From assembly GCA_040222015.1 (NCBI GenBank), contig JAVJWO010000164.1, positions 1 through 13,606 of the forward strand: a DNA stretch of 13,606 nt. The letters run 5' to 3'. This document shows positions 8,444-13,606 of the stretch, one piece after another. A program made the translations under genes and the position numbers. The notes below the pieces were generated by a model. The model was not told the DNA's origin, searched no databases, and was given only the letters and a program-made list of their open reading frames with translations. Position 1 is the stretch's first letter. Each line of letters begins with the position of its first letter. The DNA is from Coleofasciculus chthonoplastes F2-STO-03 (GTDB taxonomy: Bacteria; Cyanobacteriota; Cyanobacteriia; Cyanobacteriales; Coleofasciculaceae).

Positions 8444-10375
8444 CTACAGCAAAATTTGATAAACGGCGGTTAACTGTTCGCGCCCTTTGAGTCTCACCTG
8501 ACCAATTTGTTTCGTGGGGAATTGATTGTGTAGATGCTGGTATGTTTCGTCATTGATTAAAATCCGGCAAATTCCTCCATCGAGCGTTTTATCGTAACTT
8601 TCTAATCGAGCCGCTACATTTACGCTATCTCCTAGGGTGGTGTAGTCAAGCCGTTGAGCATTCCCCAAGCTACCTGTGACGACATCTCCGGTGGCAATTC
8701 CCACACGCATTGCTGTCTGCGGATAGCCTTGACGTTGCCATTCTTGATTTAGGGTTTGCAGTTTTTGTGCCATGGATAATGCACAGTTTACCGCCGCGAT
8801 CGCATCCTGGTCAATTTCCTCAGATGTCGTGCGTTTAATCGGCACACCAAACACAGCCATAACTGCATCTCCGATAAACTTATCCACAACACCGCCATGA
8901 TCTAGCACCGTTCCCGCCATGGCATCCATATATTGGTTCAGCCAAGCCATCAGCACTTCCGAACCCATATTTTCTGCTACTGTACTAAACCCTTTCAGGT
9001 CTGAGAACAGAACCGTGGCAGTCATCTTCTGACCACGTAGACGTCCTTCTTTGAGAAGTTGTTCGCGATCGCGCCAAATTGCTTCGGCGATTTGCTTCGT
9101 TACATGGCGACCGAATAAATTCATAACTGTGTGTCGCTCTTCACGCTCGAAATTGGCGATGTACCCTGTCGTTGCTGTAGCGGCACCCAATAACGCCAAA
9201 GCTGGGGGAATCACAGGAATCCACCAACTGCTGATGATAAAGGCTAAGTAGCTGCTCCCGACCAGACCGAAAAGTGCGAACAAAAGGCTGATTACTGTCC
9301 AACGTGGCAATAATTTAGCCAAACCTCCAGCATCTCGCAAAACCCAACACAGGGTTGCACCCGTCAAAGACCAGAGGAAAATCCAGATCCCTTCGATTGG
9401 TTCCGACCAAGTTTTTAGTCCAGAACGCCCCTCTAGGGCTGAACTCAGCAAGTGACTAATCATGTTAGCCTGAACTTCTATCCCAGGTGTGCGCTCTTGG
9501 GTGGCAATTTTATCACCACTGTAGGGGGTATAGAAGAAATCATTCAGGCTAGTTGCCGTTGCCCCAATTAAAACGAGGCGATCGCGCATTAAGTCTGGTG
9601 GTATCCGGTCTTCGAGTACCTCTGTCAATGACACCCTGGGAAAGGTACGAGCCGAACCCTTATAGTTTAACAAAATCTGGTATCCCCCGTCATCAGCACT
9701 CACATAACCACCGTCATTTGCTGAAAAAGGTTGAAACGTCCCCTTTCCTAAATGAATCATTAGGGGATTCGTTTGGGAGGGTTGAGATATGATTTCTTGC
9801 TCTGCTAAATACATCAACGCCAGTCTCATCCCAAAAGAGACGGTGACTTGATCGTTGTCTAGCATATAAAGCAATGATCGACGCAGCTTACCATCCGCAT
9901 CAATCACCACGTTATTAAACCCAACTTGTTCGCGTTGATCTAGCACGGGTGCGGGAGCCACACTAGCGCTAGGATCGTGCTGATTAATTTTTTCTATCCC
10001 GATTAAATTGGGAGTTGTTTCAAAAACATTGACTAATTCGTCATGACCGGGCAAAACCGGTAAATCTCGATACAGGTCAAGACCAATCACTCTCGGGTTT
10101 TGCGCTTTAATTTTTTTGAGGAGTTCAGCCAGGACAGCATCAGGAATGGGCCACTGTCCGACCTTTTTAAGATCCGCCTCACTAATTCCCACGATTAAAA
10201 TTCGCTCATCCACAGGTTCTTGGGGACGCCAGCGAAAATATTGGTCAAGAGCTGCCCATTCCCAAGTCTGTAAAAAGCCGAGCAGCCGCAATAGGATAAC
10301 AAGTCCAGCCACACCAGGAGCAACCGTCCAGACGCCTCGCCCTGCCCAAATTTTTTGTCTAAGGTCTTTCCACAT
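8444..10375 (-). CDS. CHASE2-domain membrane class III adenylyl cyclase
   Basis: N-terminal TM, CHASE2 (ILIVGISEADL..GQWPIPDAVLA, IGLDLYRD, DADGKLRR, VLIGATA, PGIEVQANMI), three TMs, and a cyclase domain (LFSDLKGFS, VDKFIGDAVMAVFG, RVGIATG, DYTTLGDSVNVAARLES, LKGRE). Confidence 0.94.
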   Translation of the reverse strand: MWKDLRQKIWAGRGVWTVAPGVAGLVILLRLLGFLQTWEWAALDQYFRWRPQEPVDERILIVGISEADLKKVGQWPIPDAVLAELLKKIKAQNPRVIGLDLYRDLPVLPGHDELVNVFETTPNLIGIEKINQHDPSASVAPAPVLDQREQVGFNNVVIDADGKLRRSLLYMLDNDQVTVSFGMRLALMYLAEQEIISQPSQTNPLMIHLGKGTFQPFSANDGGYVSADDGGYQILLNYKGSARTFPRVSLTEVLEDRIPPDLMRDRLVLIGATATSLNDFFYTPYSGDKIATQERTPGIEVQANMISHLLSSALEGRSGLKTWSEPIEGIWIFLWSLTGATLCWVLRDAGGLAKLLPRWTVISLLFALFGLVGSSYLAFIISSWWIPVIPPALALLGAATATTGYIANFEREERHTVMNLFGRHVTKQIAEAIWRDREQLLKEGRLRGQKMTATVLFSDLKGFSTVAENMGSEVLMAWLNQYMDAMAGTVLDHGGVVDKFIGDAVMAVFGVPIKRTTSEEIDQDAIAAVNCALSMAQKLQTLNQEWQRQGYPQTAMRVGIATGDVVTGSLGNAQRLDYTTLGDSVNVAARLESYDKTLDGGICRILINDETYQHLHNQFPTKQIGQVRLKGREQLTAVYQILL

Positions 10376-10598
10376 CTTATTTTTTTTTAGCGCTCCTTGA
10401 TGGTTAGAAAGCTAGATCTCTCTCCTTACTTTACTTTATTCAAGGGCGAAGTAATTGGAACAGAAAAACTGGGTTAGAAGGAATAAATTATTACAAAAAC
10501 TTTAAATTTGCGCTTTCTGGAATACCATTTTTGGAAAATTATCCCTGATCAAGGCGCATCGCTATCATTGGTGTCAACTTAAGCTGAAAGCAATATTC

Positions 10599-10620
10599 CA
10601 GACGTGGCATGGCACGTCTG
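10599..10620. repeat. Short palindrome, REP/SDR-like
   Basis: CAGACGTG-gcatgg-CACGTCTG, a perfect 8-bp inverted repeat. Confidence 0.6.
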
Positions 10621-10631
10621 AAAGCCGGGGT

Positions 10632-10696
10632 GTAGGGGCGGGTTTTACCGATAACATTTTTTCACAAACCGATAATTTGACTAAACGTGCCCCCAC
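10632..10696. repeat. GTAG-type REP-like inverted pair
   Basis: GTAGGGGCGGGTTT (10632-10645) versus AAACGTGCCCCCAC (10683-10696), 11/14 complementary. Internal direct ACCGATAA at 10647 and 10668. Confidence 0.55.
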
Positions 10697-10710
10697 TCAG
10701 GGAGCCTGTC

Positions 10711-10747
10711 AGTTTTGCCCATAAGTTCAAGTCGGTTGGGTAAAACT
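10711..10747 (-). terminator. Hairpin just downstream of the tpsA stop (terminator or mRNA-stabilising stem)
   Basis: AGTTTTGCCCA ... TGGGTAAAACT, 10/11 complementary, 15-nt loop. No clear U-tract. Confidence 0.35.
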
Positions 10748-10757
10748 ATCACGAAGC

Positions 10758-13250
10758 CTATTTCTCTTGCGATGCAGCCTGATAGCAGATTAAATCATCC
10801 GCATTCGCGATCGCTACCAGTTCCGGAGCCGTACCCACGACTACACGTCCATCAGACGTTACCATCATACCCTGAGCTTCTTGAATTGGGTCGCCCGGTT
10901 TCCAGAAACTGGGGGTTGAGGATTGGGAATTGACCGTTGGCGCAGTGGCTTGTTGTCCAGCATCGCCAGTAATTCCCTGAACCTGAGTGACGGAATAGCG
11001 ACCTGATAGAGGATCATAGGGGTTATTCGGTAAACCACCTGTACCTGTAACGATAAAGCTACCTTGCTCCTTGTTGCGGTGGGTGAGACAACTATCGGCA
11101 ATCACTTGCTCCGGCGGCAGAAAATTGGTCGATAGTGGCGAGAGGGAATCTTGATTCAAATTCAGAGAGGATATGAATATATTCCCAATCGTGCCGCTAC
11201 CCAATGCCTCAACTGAAATATCCACTCGGTCATTACCCCGAAATGGTTCAAAGGAACCTGGGTTGCGACCTACAGGTGTCCCTTGACCACTAGAGAAAAA
11301 GTCTGCCAGAAACACGGGAGAGATAATGGTGATATCACCGCCCCTGCCATCAAAGGCATTTGCCAGAATATCACTATCTTCTAGAGCTATAAACACATCG
11401 GAGTTAATGGTAATATTTCCACCACCACCGACACTCTCAAAAACACTGGCACTAATCAAGCTACCGTCGCGTAGACGAATATCTTCAGCATTGATGTCAA
11501 TGTTACCTCCCCCTGCTTGATCTGAGGTTGCCCTGATTTCTCCGCCATCTCGGAGTCTTAGGTTATTGGTAGCAATAGCTAAATTTCCTGCATCACCCGT
11601 TCCTTCGCTGGAAACTTCCAATCGACTGGGCAGACGCTGACCATCTTCTCCTAAACCATTACCAAGAACTTCTACAGTATCTGAGGCGCTTACCGTTAAC
11701 GTTCCACCCTGACCTGCACCCGAGGTCGCCGCTGATACAATTCCTCCATCTTGAATCCTCAAGTTATTGGTAGTAATCATTAAATTTCCCGCATCGCCAA
11801 TTCCTTCACTGGAAGCTTCTAACGTACTGGGATTCATCTGACCTTCCATACCAATACCTGTACCCATGATTTCCACCGAATCCGAGGCATTGACTATTAT
11901 CATTCCACCCTGAGCCGCATCAGATGTCGCGGCTGTTAACTTTCCCCCGTCCTCAATGATTAGTCGTGCTGTAGTAATCTCTAAAGTTCCAGCCTTTCCA
12001 TTGGTTTGAGTGTTAACTCTTAATTCACTCGCATCGACGATTGGGGAACTGCCACTTATTTGTACTGATTCAGAGGCAGTTACAGTTAAGTTTCCACTGC
12101 GACCTGTACTAACAGGACCTTTGAAGATTGGAAGTGAACTAGTAGATATTTCAGCTCCATCCCGAACAATTAACTGCCGAGTATTAACGTTTATGTTTCC
12201 TGCATCTCCGTCATCTCCCGTAATCGTGGTTATACTGCTAGACCCCAGAATATCTGAAAATCCACTCAGTTCTACTGATTCTGAGCCAGTCACGACGACA
12301 GTTCCGGCTGGGACTGACCCAAACGTGAAAGAAGAAATTTTTGAGCCATCGGTGAGGGTTACTTGTCTGCCTTGTACTTGAATATCTCCACTACCGATAT
12401 CTCCACTATTAAAATCCGGTAAAGGACTCAGATCGGTTACATCAATGATAGCCCCCTGGGATAGATGAATATTCTTGAACGTCTCAACCTCCTCATAGCT
12501 TAGAGCCAAACCTTGGTTCGTTGGGTTCAACGTAACCAGACTGTTACTACCAACACTTCCTACTGCAATCAGTCCACTTGGTGCGGTTAGATTACCGCCT
12601 TCTAAAATCACTTCACCGCCCACAAGTGCTAAACTTCTATCTGCATCTACTCTCAAACCGGCAGGAGCTTCAAAACCATTAAATTGTTCCTGCATATCAC
12701 CCCGACTTGCTTGAGAGCGGTTAATAATACGTCCTGGGGAATCTCCAAATTGCAGTCCTACAGGAACACTGACGGTCAGTACCGATGAGGCTGAGGGATT
12801 AGTGGCGCTGAACTCTGTGTCATCGGCAAATTCTACACTATCGGCTGTGCTGGCAATAAAAGAACCACCTAAATCTAGGGCAGCTTCAGCACCAAAGATA
12901 ATGCCATTGGGATTGAGAAGAAATAAATTAGCATTACCTTGTGCTTTGAGTAAACCATCAATGTTTGAGATTGAATCCCCGGTCACACGGCTGATAATGT
13001 TTTGAACGGTAGAAGTGTTGTCAAACCAAGCCGATCCACCTGTCGGCACGGAAAACTCATGAAAGCTATGGAAAAGGTTTTCTCCGGCTTGGCTGCCTCC
13101 AGTAATAGTGAATTGAAGATTGTCTGAACTATTAACATTTGTGGGTAATGTCCCATCTGGGACAACTTGCCCTTGAACGGAGCTGACTGAAATTAGAAAG
13201 CAATAGGGAAGAGTTTGAAGTAACCAGAATGGATAGGAGTGTCGTTCCAT
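10758..13250 (-). CDS. TpsA filamentous-haemagglutinin-family exoprotein (TPS domain + beta-helix + cyanobacterial C-terminal domain)
   Basis: Signal peptide (...VQG|QVVPDGTL), TPS motifs NLFHSFHEFSV, NIISRVTG and NLFLLNPNGIIFG, repeated GDAGNL/GGNI beta-helix turns, and C-terminal SFIVTGTGGLP and IQEAQG. GAGG 7 nt upstream of the ATG. Confidence 0.93.
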   Translation of the reverse strand: MERHSYPFWLLQTLPYCFLISVSSVQGQVVPDGTLPTNVNSSDNLQFTITGGSQAGENLFHSFHEFSVPTGGSAWFDNTSTVQNIISRVTGDSISNIDGLLKAQGNANLFLLNPNGIIFGAEAALDLGGSFIASTADSVEFADDTEFSATNPSASSVLTVSVPVGLQFGDSPGRIINRSQASRGDMQEQFNGFEAPAGLRVDADRSLALVGGEVILEGGNLTAPSGLIAVGSVGSNSLVTLNPTNQGLALSYEEVETFKNIHLSQGAIIDVTDLSPLPDFNSGDIGSGDIQVQGRQVTLTDGSKISSFTFGSVPAGTVVVTGSESVELSGFSDILGSSSITTITGDDGDAGNINVNTRQLIVRDGAEISTSSLPIFKGPVSTGRSGNLTVTASESVQISGSSPIVDASELRVNTQTNGKAGTLEITTARLIIEDGGKLTAATSDAAQGGMIIVNASDSVEIMGTGIGMEGQMNPSTLEASSEGIGDAGNLMITTNNLRIQDGGIVSAATSGAGQGGTLTVSASDTVEVLGNGLGEDGQRLPSRLEVSSEGTGDAGNLAIATNNLRLRDGGEIRATSDQAGGGNIDINAEDIRLRDGSLISASVFESVGGGGNITINSDVFIALEDSDILANAFDGRGGDITIISPVFLADFFSSGQGTPVGRNPGSFEPFRGNDRVDISVEALGSGTIGNIFISSLNLNQDSLSPLSTNFLPPEQVIADSCLTHRNKEQGSFIVTGTGGLPNNPYDPLSGRYSVTQVQGITGDAGQQATAPTVNSQSSTPSFWKPGDPIQEAQGMMVTSDGRVVVGTAPELVAIANADDLICYQAASQEK
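11547..11948 (-). repeat. Tandem 201-nt (67-aa) internal duplication in TpsA
   Basis: GGKLTAATS...NNLRIQD (11948-11748) and GGIVSAATS...NNLRLRD (11747-11547): 42/67 identical residues by hand count, ungapped. Confidence 0.85.
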
Positions 13251-13326
13251 ATAAGTACCTCAGGGGTTAATAATAAAAGTCTAACAACTTAAACCCCACC
13301 AAGGCTTCAATCACTTCTAATTGCCT

Positions 13327-13524
13327 TCAGTAACACCGAGTCCACCACCCTGAACACTGTAGACCATTTGCTGTGGTCGCATCCTCTATCTGCTGTTGAG
13401 GATTTACAGGCTGGTCTTGCCTAACTCTATTCTCCATGGTGGAATTGGCAGAAACAGGAGCTGCGCCAACTTGAGTAGAAAATGTTAAGCTGAGAGCGAT
13501 CGCGGTAGATGCAACGAGTTTCAT
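13327..13524 (-). CDS. Small secreted protein / candidate peptide precursor (65 aa) with a C-terminal CSGWWTRCY
   Basis: ATG at 13524 with GGAG 9 nt upstream; classical signal peptide MKLVASTAIALSLTFSTQVGAAPVSA; co-oriented and 76 nt upstream of tpsA. The ORF-track GTG start at 13575 is less likely. Confidence 0.72.
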   Translation of the reverse strand: MKLVASTAIALSLTFSTQVGAAPVSANSTMENRVRQDQPVNPQQQIEDATTANGLQCSGWWTRCY

Positions 13525-13606
13525 TTTTCTTTTCTCCGAGTAGATGTACGAACCTGTGAGCTTGGTGTGATTCACCTAGCTCTGAAAATTTGAGAGATAA
13601 CTTGCT

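Larger units (their letters stand above)
3077..13503. repeat. HIP1 octamers GCGATCGC (12 found by eye)
   Basis: Starts at 3077, 3465, 3734, 5020, 6025, 6369, 7614, 8796, 9065, 9578, 10807 and 13496. HIP1 is a cyanobacterial hallmark. Confidence 0.9.

Noticed and set aside
50..13165. Short alternative ORFs (e.g. 50-280, 500-859, 1080-1265, 3575-3832, 7996-8340, 10116-10400, 10715-10933, 12010-12381)
   Set aside because: Antisense or off-frame shadows of well-supported genes, or overlapping repeats; no recognisable motifs.
10758..13250. TpsA as a CdiA toxin or haemolysin
   Set aside because: Only 830 aa, with no VENN-like motif, toxin domain or downstream immunity ORF.
13327..13360. WWTR core as a radical-SAM or other RiPP substrate
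   Set aside because: No modifying enzyme in the window, and the leader is a Sec-type signal, not a RiPP leader. Sequence beyond 13606 is unseen.
10815..13495. No HIP1 site across most of tpsA, suggesting foreign origin
   Set aside because: A longer gap (1-3076) covers the housekeeping trkA/glgA genes, so such gaps are unremarkable at this density.

Overview
Cyanobacterial DNA: 12 HIP1 octamers (GCGATCGC), STRR-type heptamer repeats and REP-like hairpins; a filamentous taxon is inferred, not proven. The left part is housekeeping: a TrkA/KtrA-type RCK protein divergent from a GlgA2-type glycogen synthase. The remaining ~11 kb is an envelope locus. It encodes a TpsB (ShlB/FhaC) beta-barrel, an exported TPR-CHAT caspase-fold protease with an intact His/Cys dyad, a DUF928 protein, a CHASE2-sensor class III adenylyl cyclase, and a TpsA filamentous-haemagglutinin-like beta-helix protein with a C-terminal Cys pair. 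Directly upstream of tpsA is a 65-aa secreted peptide ending in CSGWWTRCY. I infer these form a trans-envelope proteolytic signalling system (surface protein or peptide -> periplasmic protease -> CHASE2 receptor -> cAMP). The intergenic regions hold a MITE-like repeat flanking tpsB, REP-like palindromes and a terminator hairpin. All calls come from reading the sequence; no searches were run.
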